Positions 24,961-37,832 of a DNA stretch of 64,000 nt are shown here, one piece after another (positions within the stretch are counted from its first letter, which is position 1; each line of letters begins with the position of its first letter). The DNA lies in contig NC_045697.1 in the NCBI RefSeq assembly GCF_009834535.1, positions 16,246,001 to 16,310,000 on the forward strand, read 5' to 3'. Source of the stretch: Camelus ferus. Taxonomy: Eukaryota. Position numbers and translations under genes: made by a program. The notes under the pieces are model-generated. The model was not told the DNA's origin. It worked only from the letters and a program-made list of their open reading frames with translations, and made no database searches.

Positions 24961-26829
24961 TGGCCAATCATTTGTCTCCATATTAACATTTCAAAATTAA
25001 CTCATACACTTGATTTATCCCAGCCATATTATTTATGCTAACTAATTACATGGCAAACTTTCAAGTCTACCTGTCAAGTAATCATTATAAATTTTATAAT
25101 AGTGGCCTATAAATCAATGTAGCCTTAGTGTGCTTATAACTCTCTAAACCACTGCTCTATTCAGATATTATTTTAGATTTTTAAGAGGTGATTTTTTTTT
25201 TGTATTTCTTATGTATGTGTTGTGTTTCTGTGATGTCATCACCATGCCTTCTGAGCAGCTCTTACGGAAACCCTCTTTGAAATAGCACAGTGGGATCTGA
25301 TGGCTATCCTTCTTAAGTTGAAATAGAAGTGACTTTTTTACACTATCATGCATGAGAGGATTCATCAGCAACACCATGAAGGTTTCACAAAGGCAGGGAA
25401 TCATGTACAGCCAAGTTTTTCAAGAAGAGACGCTTGGAATGATTTGCATAGGAACACTGAGTTTAGAAGGAGCTGCAATTTCATCAAGCTTACCTTGCCT
25501 TCCAGTAAGGCCACAGGAAAAACACATCCCATTACAGAAGAATGTGCCCTGGATTTAAATAAGACTTGGAAGAAACTCCTTTACTTCTTTGCCTAGGTTT
25601 CCTCCCCAAATTACCCACTATTTGTCACCCCAAAAGTTTTTCTTTACTTCAGATCTAAGATCTACTTGCTGGTGGTGAAATCTAGTTCTTTTCCTTCTCT
25701 TTCTCCTCTTTCTATTTTTTCTTCCTGAATGAGTGGTTATATTGAGGTAATATTCTAAGTTCAAATATATCAACTGTTTAAGGCAAATATACAAAGCTAA
25801 AGATATTGCATTTTAATTGAAATCTAAAGAAAAATTTACACTCACAGGAAATAGCTTAAAATATTTTCCTGCAATTTGTTTGGAATATACAAGTGGAAAG
25901 AAACATTACAATTTCTAAAGTAGATCGTGGAACTCAGACACAGATAACTCTCAATTATACCTGCTGATGGAGAAAAGTCTGCGTAGAGATACAAAATCGC
26001 CAACCAGTAATTTCAAATGTCTTCACTAAAGTTTTATAAGGGCAACACTGAACTCATTTTCACACCTGTTCTTTTCTTTAGCCTCTGCCCTTCTGCTTAA
26101 GGAGTGTCTAACAATCACAATGACATGGTTAATGTCAAGAAGAATAAAAGAAGGAAAGTGAAAGAAGACAGTAGAAGACTGTAGAAGGTGTGCATCAATC
26201 AGATCTGTTTACAATATGCTTAAAAATACAATTTTGTATTAAGTACAATGTATATTACAATATTGTTCTTTATCAGAAAGAGATTGATGTAAGAAGAGGC
26301 CTTACTGGGCCTAGTAATTTCCTCCCGATGGATGTCTTGAAACTTAAAACACACTTGGCTCTGCTGTAAAAATAATTCTACATTGGACTCATGTAACACT
26401 GCCTCTGAAAATCTTCCAGGGCTGGAAAATTTACGGTATGTCCATTGCTCTTTTGGGATAAACACATTTCAGAAACCCTTCAGCTTTGTTTTTGTTTTTC
26501 ATTTTGTCAAAACAACAAGAACAACAACAAACAAAAATTGAAAGTGTGAGTACAAGATTACTCAGGATCCAATGAATCTGATTGTTATTTCAAGGGCTAA
26601 GATAAATTATCTGCAGTTATATGGAGACTATATGGCTGCATGGACCAGGAGATTTAGGTTGTCTTAAAGACACACTTTATATTTTTAGTGAAAGCCACTG
26701 CCATGAAAATTTTAATAAAACAGTACTCTTTTATTCCTAGTGATACTGATTAATGTGCATCATATATCACATTTGAGTCCCATCAAGATTTGAAACCCAT
26801 GAAATCTAAGATTTCAAGCTTTAACAACA

Positions 26830-27365
26830 CAGAATCATGATATCCTAGAAACAGAGAAGACCTCCCTCCAATGCAGCAATTCTTTGTGAAACACCCAGAA
26901 CAAAATGTAGCTGAAGCCTCTACTTGATACTCCCATTGATGGAGAACTTACTACTTAACCACACTAATTCCGTCTCTGCAGTATTGCTGTATCTCAAACA
27001 CCCACTTTATATGTATCCAGTTTTATCCTATCTGTTGGTCCTATCCCATTGGGGCATCACAGGATGTCCTTATTTCCATAACCACATTTTCAAATATCAT
27101 AAGACAGCTAGTCTAGTTCTACTGATTGTTTCCTAGAAAAATAAATACAGTTCCTTCCAGGATTTTATGGAAGACATGATTCTCAGCTTCTTGGTCATTC
27201 AGATTTCCCTCATCTGGAAATACTTGATTTGGTCAATGTCCCTCATGGTGGCCAAAATAATACCTTAGAGGTGGTTCTAATTACATGCAGTAATTTGAAG
27301 CCTCCCTTATTTTGTCATCTCCCTTATTTGAGATGCTAAAAATCTATTAATATAAAGCAAAATCA
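26830..27365 (-). mobile_element. CR1/L3 LINE 3' fragment
   Basis: cagaatcatgatatcctagaa tail; gcctctacttgatactcccattgatggagaacttactac; cattttcaaatatcataagacagct. Confidence 0.7.
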
Positions 27366-27419
27366 TCAGGTGGTTTTAAAATTAACCCTATTCAAAACAA
27401 GATATCTTTTAGATTGCTC

Positions 27420-28097
27420 TTTTTTTATAGTTCTTTTTTTTAAACCATGTGAAATATACAAGCATTAAAATGCATAAATACTAAGCAATTTTACCAAGGT
27501 AATACATCTGTTTAATCAACACCCTCTCACAATGTAAAATATTTCCATCTTTTCAGAATGTATTCTCATGTCTCCTTGAAAACAGTTCCCCATGGCCCTA
27601 ACACATGGACAACCCCTGTTCTCATATATATTTTTCTTTATCTTAGTTTTTCCTATTCTTGAACTTCAGATAAATTAAGTCTGTTGAATCTGATTTTTTT
27701 TGCTCCGAATTAAGTCCACAATGTTGTTTATATCAGTAGTTTGTTCCTTTTGATTGCTCAGTAATATTCCATTGTATGATTATATCATAATTTGCCAATC
27801 TTTTGTCTAATTGATATAATTTGGATTGTTTCTAGTTTTTCACTATTGTGAATAAAGCTGCTATGAATTTTGGTGCACAAGTCATTGTATAGACATGTAC
27901 TTTCATTTCTCTTGGAAGTGGCAGTGCTGGGTAGTATGAGAAATGTATATTTAACATATAAGAGATGGTCAAAATTGTCCCCAAAGTATCTTTACCATTT
28001 TGCATTCCTACCATTTATGTATGAGCATTCCAGTTGCTCCAAATCCTCAGCAGTATTTGGTACTGTAAATCTCTTTATTTTAGCCATTCTAGTTAGT
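27420..28097 (-). mobile_element. Old L1 (L1ME-like) 3' fragment
   Basis: Minus-strand ORF2 end motif CAPKFIAALFTIVKN and antisense 3'UTR text (gtaatattccattgtatg...). Confidence 0.85.
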
Positions 28098-29004
28098 AGG
28101 ATGACCATGCACACTGGTCTTGTCTGGGACAATCCAGGTTTATGTTCAAAGTTCCTGTTTAATTCTTTTTCTTTCTCTCCCTCTCTCTCTCTTTGGTGAG
28201 AACATTTAAATTCTACTCTTTTAGCAAATGTCAATTATAAGATGCAGTGTTATCAACAATAGGCACCGTGTTATATATTATATTCTCAGGCTTTATTCAT
28301 CATATAACTGAAAGTTTGTCTCCTTTCACCAGCCTAACCTTATTCTTTCCTCAGTCCCCCAGGCCTTCCTTGGCAACCACTTTTCTACTTTTCTGTTCTC
28401 TGTTTCTGTAAATTTTACTTTTTTTTTTTTTTATTTTTTAGATTCCACACATAAGTGAAATGATGCAGTATTTGTCTTTCTCTGTCTGGCTTATTTCACT
28501 TAGGGCATTATTACCCTATGGGTTCATTCATGTTGCCACAAATGGCAGTGTTTCCTTCTTTTTTAAGACGAAATAATGTTACACTATATATATTTAGTTT
28601 TTCTTTCCCCATCCATTGATAGACACTCAGGTTGTTTCAATACCTTGGCTATTGTGAAATTGTGAATAATGAATGCCTCAGTGAACATGGATTAGAGATA
28701 ACTCTTTGAGATAATTATTTTGTTTGGGTGTATATTGTGAAGTAGGATTGACGGATCATATGATAGTTCTATTTTTAATTTCATGTGGAACCGCCATACT
28801 GTTTTCACAGTGGTTGAACCAGTATACATCTCCACCAACAGTGTCCAAGGGTTCCCTTTTCTCCACATTCTTGTCAACATTTGTTGTCTTCTGTCTCTTT
28901 GAAAATAGACATCCTAACAGCTGTGAGGCCAGTTTAATTCTTAATAGTGCTCCTTTTGCTCTTGAGGGTGTACCAGTTTGGAAAATAAATTATATGATCA
29001 ACCT
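28098..29004. mobile_element. MER94-like MITE split in two (28098-28167 and 28932-29004) by an L1 insertion
   Basis: Left aggatgaccatgc...gggacaatccaggtttatg; right taatagtgctccttttgctc...aaattatatgatcaacct. Flanking duplication agttagt / ggttagt. Confidence 0.8.
28168..28931 (-). mobile_element. 5'-truncated L1 (L1MA9-like 3' end)
   Basis: ORF2 end (TVWRFHMKLKIELSYDPSI) and 3'UTR; perfect 11-bp TSD gtttaattctt (28157-28167 / 28932-28942). Confidence 0.9.
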
Positions 29005-29339
29005 GGTTAGTCAGAGACCCTGATATAACCTGTACCCTAATGGAGGTGGTAAAAGGGTCATGGCTGCAGGTACCAGGAGGTATTTGAAGGCAAAAGAAAC
29101 ATAGCAGGCCATATAATCCACATATGCTACTGAGAGGTATAGTTTCCGGAAGCTGTCTCCAATGAGAGTCACATGTTTTAGAAACAGCTGAGCAAACTGC
29201 TAACCAATTTATGCCATTAGGAGTCATCACTGTTAGAAATTTAACTAGAATCAACAAATAGCACCAGATCGGAGATTCCTTAATAACTAAAGTTCTTTGT
29301 GAGTTCCCAGCATGGAAAAGTTTCCAGCACGGTAAAGCA

Positions 29340-29915
29340 AGTTACTCATGCACGAAAATTTTCCAAAAGCTTAGTGGCTTAAGATAACAATAATTATTAT
29401 CTCATAGTTTCTGTAGGTCAAGAGTTTAGGCATGACTTAGCCAGATTTTCTGCTTCAGGGTCTTACTAGGCAGCAATCAAAAGCCAATAAGCTGTCTCCT
29501 CATCTGTAGGCTCAACTGGAGAAAAATCCACTTCCATGTTCACTTATGTTATTGGCAGAATTCACTTCCTTGCACTGAAGGGCTTGCACTTTGGTTTTAT
29601 CGCTGGCTATTGGCTGGAGGTCACCAGCTCTAAGAGGCTATCCACAGTTCTCTGCCATCCAGTCCTCTCCATAGGCAGTTTACAACATGGCAGCTTGATT
29701 CTTGAAGGTCAGCAGGAGAGCAAAATCTGTTTGGCTAGCAAGATTAAGTGTTATATAACATAATACGGAAAGTGACAGCTTAACATCTTTGCCATATTTT
29801 TTCTGGTTAGAAGCAAGTCATAGGTCCCACCTATGCTCAAGGGAGATTACACAAAGACATGAATTTCAGGAGGTGGGACTCACAAGGTCACCTTAGGGTT
29901 AGTTCTCTTCCACCC
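29340..29915 (-). mobile_element. MaLR (MLT1) solo LTR
   Basis: cttagtggcttaagataacaataattattatctcatagtttctgtaggtcaagagtt...ggttagaagcaagtcataggtcccacctatgctcaaggg. Confidence 0.85.
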
Positions 29916-30254
29916 ATAACATTTTCTTAACAGGGCATTAGAAATTACTAAGTTTTCATTATCTACACTTTTCTTAGGGCAAAGGAACACTTTTTTAGAT
30001 GGAAAGCTAATTGGGGTGGGGGCTTGAGCTATCTATTACAAATTTAATTTTAAGCAGTGGCTTAGTTTTTTAGGAAATTCTCTCTCTCTCTCTATTTCTC
30101 TATCTCACATTTTTCCAGTACTTAGTTTCATGTTTAATTCTTCCAAATGTCTTCTCTTAATATTTCTTCTACTAGCCCATGGTCAAACTGCATTAAGCTT
30201 TTCTTGACTATCTCAGTTCACAGGAATTTCTCTCTCCTCTTCAAGTCGATATAC

Positions 30255-30430
30255 ATAGATTTGAATTCTGACTCTATCACTTACTAGATTTTATGACCTC
30301 GGGTGGGTGATTTAACCTTCCTGAATATCAACCCTTTACTGGCAAAGTGGGAATAGTATTATTTGCTTCACCTGCTTCTTGAGAAATTGAAAGGTAATTA
30401 TACACAAGTAGCCTGGCCCCTAGAACATTT
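30255..30430 (+). mobile_element. MIR SINE
   Basis: gatttgaattctgactctatcacttactagattttatgacctcggg...tttaaccttcctga. Confidence 0.75.
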
Positions 30431-31159
30431 ATTGTTTGCTTTATTCCCCTCCTTTTCTTGCCTTTCTTTACTCCCTCTATCATTTTTAAACACTCAGTAT
30501 ACATTAGTCTGCATAGTTCATTGTGTTATGTGTATATGTACATGAATCTGGGAGATAAATGTAATGATCACACATTGCATTTTGTTGGGTGGTAATCTGA
30601 AGTTAGTTTCCAGCTGTGATGATGGATTTATGCTGGTCCAACCACATTCTCTGCTCCCAATCTCTGGAATAAGTTGCAACAAATCTGTGAGATGACTAGG
30701 CATCTTACCCTTAGCCAATATCCATCACTTTATTAGACAATTCATTTTGTGATGCCTCTCCTTATTATTCTGGGTCCTGTTATTATCCAGTCTTAGGGCC
30801 TCTCTCTCCCCCATGCTTCTTAATAGCCCTTTGGAACTCTCCAGGGAGGAATACGTTCAGGGTCGTGGTTTATGGTTTTAAGCAGCAGAGAGCTTTTTAT
30901 GATACCTGCCCGAGAAGTTTTAATTATGTAAATTCCTCATTATATAATTCCAAGGGGAAAAAGTATATTCTTTAAGGAACACCCTGGCACTTCATTTTTA
31001 AAGTCCACTTCCCTCAAATTAATACGAAGTAGCATAACATATCCCCCCCCCTCAAAAAAAGAATAACTTTTATGAATTTTCCCCAAGAGTATTTTAAAAA
31101 AGATATTCATTACATAAATAAAGACAGAGACTTAACCTTGTGACTTTGTAATTCCAGAT

Positions 31160-31330
31160 GGAATGAATAAGATATAGAGATCTGAATTCTAATTCTGGTT
31201 CTATAACTAAGCAGCTGGTTGACTATGAGTTGGTCATCTTATCATCCTGAGCACCCAGGTTTTTCATTTATTAAATGAAAAATTTGGAGAAGGTGATTCT
31301 TAAGTTCCCATGAGATCTACAATTCTGTAA
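31160..31330 (+). mobile_element. MIR3-like SINE
   Basis: gagatctgaattctaattctggttcta...ttttcatttattaaatgaaaaatttggagaaggtgattcttaagttcc. Confidence 0.65.
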
Positions 31331-32897
31331 TTTTGGAAAATTAGTTGATTTTGCTAATTAATTCTTTCTTATAAAATTGCATTCATTCATATTTTATTGT
31401 AACTTTCAGCTTTCTTTCTTCATTCCCAAGTTTGTGTATGTGTTGGTTTGAGAACAGAATAAGTCTGTTAAAGTCACATCAGGAGTTTTTACATATAAAT
31501 TTGTGCTGGTCAGGAGGTATAGAAAGATAGAGATTTCCAGCTAAGAGTAGATAATTAGGAATCCCTTTTGAACAGACTTACTTCAAAGAGAATAGAACTT
31601 CTCTTTGTTATCAAAACCAAGGACACAAACCAGAACACCGAAATCAATTAGCAAGAATTTCAGAACTGAGTCCAAAGAAAAAACTTTAAGTTGCTCTCTG
31701 AGAAGTAAAAAGAGGCAAGCATAGGGGAAGACCATAGGTATCTTTTAACATTAAAGTAGTAGAAGTTTGCATGTGAACAGCAAAATTGTCTAGCAAAATC
31801 TGAGCACATCCAGTAACTGACTTCTACATTCTTGAGCTACAGACCTTCTTCCTGAATGTGTAGAATATTAATGGATGGGAACGATGGCCAGCATATGTCT
31901 ATCCACTGGTTCCCGGTACTGACCATGGGCACATCTGACAAGGCTAATACCCAATCATTCAAATGTGCCTGTAGGGGCTCATTTCTGACCTGCAGTCTGT
32001 TCCATGCTGACTGCAAATGTAGTCTGTCTTCTGGGGCCTGCACGGCCACCATGGAGCTTGTCACTAAGCAATTGGCAGAGACATCGTTACTTTGCCTTCA
32101 AAGTTGCATCATGTCTTTAATCAAATTTGTGTTCTTCACTTCTGTGAAATTCATGGTCCTCCTACTGTTCATTTCTAAATTTCAGAAGGAGATCCTTGTT
32201 TTTTCCCCCCAATTGGTAAGAACTGGTAGAATCCTCAAGCCCCAGAGCACTGGCATCAAGGTCACCACCTTCTACAGTGCCCTTAGTTCACAGAGCAAAT
32301 GAAGAAAGTCTCACACAAGGAAGTGACTTGCTCCAGGTCAAACATGAAAAGACAGAGCTGGAATGGTAACTCCTATTCCTCAGCTTCCGGTTCTGAGGGC
32401 TTTCTCTGACTCCATGCTGTGTCAGTGTGATCCCCTGGGTAAGCTTCACTCTGATCTTTTTTAATATGCATCCTGCTATAAATGAAACAGTATTACCTTC
32501 ACAGCTCATTATTATCATTGATCCATATATGTTGAACTTGATAAATGAGCAACAAGTAAGATAAATAATTATAGTTAGACATGCTGTCCTTTATACTGAT
32601 TTTGTTCAAAGTACTAATCTCATATTGTAAGAGCACTTTGTAGATTTAAAAAGCACATTCATATATTTGACCACTTTGATATATGTTTTTTTTCCATTTT
32701 GCTATGAATTCAGCAAAATGATTGGACCCAAAGGCTGACAGTGACAATAATAGCAGATTCACCTTGTTGTACAGAAATATTTACTTATCCAAGTGTAGGT
32801 GTGAAATGGTTAATCTAAGCATCCTGATGAATAGAGTGATGCCTTAGATATATTATCTAAACTTTTTTGTTTGTTTGCTTTGAACTTTTAAAAGTGA

Positions 32898-32917
32898 ATA
32901 TATATATATATATATAT
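32898..32917. repeat. (AT)n microsatellite
   Basis: atatatatatatatatatat is directly visible. Confidence 0.9.
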
Positions 32918-34544
32918 CTCAAAGACATTTCAAACATAGGAATCCATTCAACTTCCCATCCCACCCTATAATCCAGTTATCAAGGTTTTGGGTAATGCTG
33001 AAGTAACAACATTTTACACTGAACTCAATGCCAGATGTTTAACTTAATTTGGTATACATTTTACTTATTTCATAAAGAAGTTCAAGCCAATTACAATACA
33101 AATCAAATAAAAGGAGAAAATTAAGAACATGTAAAAATAAAAAATATATATAGATCATTAAGTCTGGGTTAGATGTTAATTGAATTTCACATTCATGTCT
33201 CAGCTTCCAAGAAACTAAAGCTAAAAAAAAAAAAGAGAGAGAAAAATTGTGTTATACAATTTTATAAAATATCAGAAAGATTCAGGCAATATCAAAATGA
33301 TTTAGACTTCTAAATACACTGAAACACTCAACACAGAAGTATTAAAAATGATTTACTTTCTTTAGCAATTGAAAAGGCATTTAGGGTATAGCAAGACCTT
33401 GGCATGTTGTATTGAATATTTCTTAGTTTGCTGCAATTGGAAGATGCAGAATTTATACAGTTAATTGCCTAATATTCTGGCACTTTGGAAAGACTAGAAT
33501 AGATTATCTCCAATGTCTCTTTTAGTTCTAATTTCATCGACTCTGATTCACATGGAGGCTGTGAGTGACTGGCATTTGTGAATTTCAGATTTAGACCACT
33601 TTGGCCTCCAACAGTGCCAGACATACCTTAGCGGGTATTCAACGAACGAGGCATTGATGGCTGTAGTGACCTCCCTTGGATGGCAATTGCTTTTTGATGT
33701 TGAGTTCAGTAAAATCAGGGTGCTCCCACTTGAAGTTTCTTCATCTCTCCAACTCCCGAAGCCCTTCCTCCCTAGGATGCTCTTCTTCCTTGCTCCACAA
33801 GTCAAGCTACTGAGTAAGTGCATCCCAGAGGGAGGGAAAAGTTATTTGGAAGAGGCTGGACTCTGTCAGATAAGTACAAACTTTTATAAATACCTGGCTT
33901 GGAACTGAGAAAGAAGGCTTTCAAATCAAAGTGCTAAATTAAGAAGCTTAATTTTGCCACTTCAGCTGACTGAGTTGTTTATGGGAGGGTTTATGCTAAC
34001 AATTCCCCGGCATCCACAGGGGATCAAGAGCGGAAAGTGATAAGATAGCTTCAGGGGGAGGAAAGGACTGTCTCACTCCAGTAGCTCTATCTTCAGAGAG
34101 CGTGCAGGGAGCGCTGAGTCTGGGTCTGTTTCAGTCCCATGCTGGTACACAGATAGCTACAGCATACTGACTTCCTCCATACTGTGCGCTCCTTGGAGAG
34201 ATGGAGCCAACACTTAGGCTTCTTGTGGACTTCTCCAATTTATCATTACATATATAATAATAGAGAGAGATTTATTTGTCTGGGGAAGAAGATAAGCATT
34301 GTTTTTGAACAATAAGGACACTAAATTGGGATTTATACTACGAATCTAATTTCATATTCTAACAGTAACTGGCTGAGAAAATTATATTTACTCTGGAGCA
34401 GTTTTTCCCATCTGAAGACGGGAGTTAGAGCTTTTTTGTGGTCTCCATAATGCTCTGCACACTAGAAGTTCCTTATTATGTCATTCTAATATTAAATATA
34501 GTTCAAGAATATTCCAATATATTTATGTATTGAAGTCCTCAAAA

Positions 34545-35055
34545 TCAATTTTGGAACTGGACTTGGTAATTTTACTTTTGGAAATTTACATAAAAATAAT
34601 AAGACATTTGCAGAATTATTTGTCTATCAGAATGTTTATTTCAACATTATTTAAGTAGTAAAAGTTGAGAACAAACTAACTTCACAATAAAAAATGATTA
34701 TATGTATAAATCACTGTTTATCCATATGAAGGCATAAGGTATACCTATTTAAATTCATATTGCTGAAAAATATTTAATGGCATAGAATATGTTCACCATG
34801 AATTTCAAATAATAACATCAGATTACAAGCAGTAAGAAGATATCTCAATTTTGTTAAAGATGAAAATGAGTATGTTAAAGATATATGTTTGTGAAATGGA
34901 ATAGAAAAAAGCCTGGAGAACTCTATTTCAGAAATTTCACCTGTGTTTATTTCTGTTTTGGTAGTTGTTGATAGTTTTTTTTATTATTATAATACTCTAT
35001 AATTTTCAATGTTTCCACGATGAAGTTTGATTACATTTGCAATCAGAAATAAACA
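34545..35055 (+). mobile_element. Old L1 (L1ME-like) 3' end
   Basis: gtaattttacttttggaaattta...aatgtttatttcaacattattt...; tail ttacatttgcaatcagaaataaa. Confidence 0.7.
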
Positions 35056-37332
35056 TGATTAATTTCATTTAAATACTGCAGAAAAAATAATGCATACAAC
35101 CCTCCTTTTCTTCACCTTCCTACCTCTCAATAGCTCAGAAGCTTGAAGAATCTTCAAGTACTGTAACAAATGATATGCCATCTCAACAAGTTGTGAAAAG
35201 TTGAAATCACTCCCATTTATTTTGTGTGTGAACCACAGATGTCAGGGCTAAAGGACTCCAGAAGCCCTCTGGTTTTCTCAATTCATGTTATAAGGTCTCA
35301 GGAAAACTAATGACTTGTCAACTGTCATAAAACAATGGTCCAAGGAGTTACAAATATTAAAAACCTAAACTTTACAGACCTGACTCACAATGAGGTACAT
35401 AGCACAAAGCCATCTGAAAGGAATGTAGTAAAATAAAAGAAGTGAAACTATTAAATGATCTAAGATTAAGATTCTTAAAAGTCTGGGTCTATTCCCTCCC
35501 ATGTCAAGCAAAAAAACGCAAATATCTTTCTAATTATAAAGAGTACAAGTAGAATATTTGGGTTTCACAACCTTTGGTGAATATGAAATGGTCCATTCTT
35601 CTAGATTTCTGCAGAAGTATATCTGGATAACATGGTATCCAAAAAGCATTCCATTAAATCATTTAGCAATCTAAGTAAAAAGGTAGCATTTCATTATTGA
35701 CTTTGGACAATTATATGCATTCACTTCTGTCCATAAGCTCAAGATGCATTTCCTGGTCATGAGGTGTTGCAGCTCAATGACTGTGCTTTGACCATTTGTG
35801 GCCAGTGTTTGTCCCCAGGACACAAGTCACACGGGGCACAACATGGCTAACATCCAGAAAGATCACGAGAACCACACAACTGCTTTGGCACCCCCTAAAG
35901 AACTGCTCAGCAAGGAGCTTGTGTTTGCTGACCATCTGGTTGGAAATCCTGGCAATAATTTGTTTAATATTACATTTAATATGATGTCTGTCAGTAGGAA
36001 GCATTTTGTGGGATTGTAAAAATCACCATGGTAGTCCATGTGAGGTAGACTCTTATTATTATCTTTGCTTTCACTTGCTCATTAGTTTCTGGGAGATTAA
36101 TTCTCGACTATCATCTTTCATAGTCAGTGTTTTCTTATTAGAATTTGGAATTCAACATACCCATTCTTTATAATCTTAAATGTTGGGAGACTAGATGAGT
36201 TAAAAGGATTATATAGAATTATCAAATTTTAAGGCATTTGAGAATTTTAGAAGCTATAGGAGCCATTAGTCCTGATTTTTTTAACATGACTCCAAATGTG
36301 AACTGTTCTATCCAAGGACCTAAATATTTCAGAATACATTTATTCATTGTAGTTTCTAGAAATATATGTGCCTTAATTAGATGTTACCTAGGCTAGAATC
36401 TCATATCAAAGATGAGGAACCTGCAGTTTAGGAAGATGAAGGAATATTCCTAAGGCCATAATGGCAGAATGGGGCCCAGTGCCATTTTAGACCCAGGTTC
36501 CATGTATTTTCTTTTAGGTTGGTCATACTTTCTCATGCTTCTTGAAGGGTTTTAATACAGCTCTAGGGGACTGGGGTAAATACGAAAATTTTGTTGTTGT
36601 TGCAATTTTTAAGCATTATTCATTTCATTTTTATGCAATTTTTAAAGGTTACACTCCATTTACAGTTATTATAAAATGCTGGCTATGTTCCACACGTTGT
36701 ATAATACATCTTTGTAGCCCACCTTACACCCAATAGTTTGCACCTTCCACTCTCCTACCCTTATATGGGCCCTCTCCCTGTCCCCACTGGTAACCAGTAG
36801 TTTGCTCTCTCTGAGTCTGCTTCTCTTTTGTTATATTCACTAGCTTGTTATATTTTTTAGATTCCACATATAAATGATTTCACACAGTATTTGGCTTTTT
36901 CTGACTTATTTCACTCAGCATAATGCCCTCCAGGTCCATCCATGCTCCTGCAAATGGCAAAATTTCATTCTTTCTAATGGTTGAGAAGTATTCCATTGTA
37001 TATATTTACCACATCTTCTTTATCCATTCTTCTGTTTATGGACACTTTGGTTGCTTCCATATTTTGACAATTGTAAATAATGCTGCTATGAACATTGAGG
37101 TGCCTGTATCATTTTGAATTTGTGTTTTCGTTTTGTTTTTTGAATATATACCCGGGAAAGGAATTGCTTGGGGCATATGGTGGTTCTATTTTTAGTTTTT
37201 CGAGAAACCTCCATACTATTTTCCACCGTGACTGCACTGTGCAATTTACATCCCTACCAACTGTGTACAAGGGTTCTCTTTTCACCACATTCAATATCTG
37301 CAAATCAGTCAGTGTGACAAACCACATTAACA

Positions 37333-37525
37333 GGGTCAGGTATAGCTCAGTGGTAGAGTGCCTGCTCAGGATGCACAAGTTTCTCAGTTCAATCCCCAGT
37401 ACCTCCATTAAAAACAAACAAACAAACAAAAACAAACCTAATCACCCCCCACTAAAATAAATAAGTAAAATAAAATAAATTATACAAAATTCAAAATAAA
37501 TGTCCTAAAAAATTAATTAAAAAAC
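37333..37525 (+). mobile_element. tRNA-derived SINE (camelid vic-1 type) nested in L1
   Basis: A-box tagctcagtggtaga, B-box gttcaatcc, A-rich tail; TSD accacattaaca (37321-37332) / accacattacca (37526-37537). Confidence 0.9.
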
Positions 37526-37673
37526 ACCACATTACCAAATTGAAGAATAAAAACCATATGATCATCTCAATAGATCCAGAAAAGCCTTTGATAAAATTCA
37601 ACATCCATTAATGATAAGAATTATCCAGAAAGTGGACATAAAGGGAACATATAACAACATAATAAAGGCCATA

Positions 37674-37832
37674 GGGAAATATATTTAATACCTTATAGCA
37701 TCTCACAGTGAAAAAGAATATGAAAATGAATGTATTTATATTAATGTATGACTGAAGAATTGTGCTGTACACCAGAAATTGACACAACATTGTAAACTGA
37801 CTATAGCTCAATTAAAAAAAAAAAAAAAGGAG
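37674..37832 (+). mobile_element. Short young L1 3' tail nested in L1
   Basis: Same tail as at 11700-11810, with polyA; TSD ataaaggccata (37662-37673) / ataaaagccata (37833-37844). Confidence 0.9.

Noticed and set aside
25489..25550. Minus-strand exon candidate ending AAG|GTAAGC
   Set aside because: Poor pyrimidine tract at the acceptor and no recognisable peptide.
31856..32302. 148-aa ATG-initiated ORF, the longest in the ORF track
   Set aside because: No recognisable domain or coding-like composition, no supporting exon structure, and the 3' end runs into MIR-like sequence; compatible with chance.
37333..37402. tRNA-like sequence (also 40945-41015)
   Set aside because: A/B boxes are present, but the A-rich tail, TSD and broken stems identify SINEs rather than tRNA genes.
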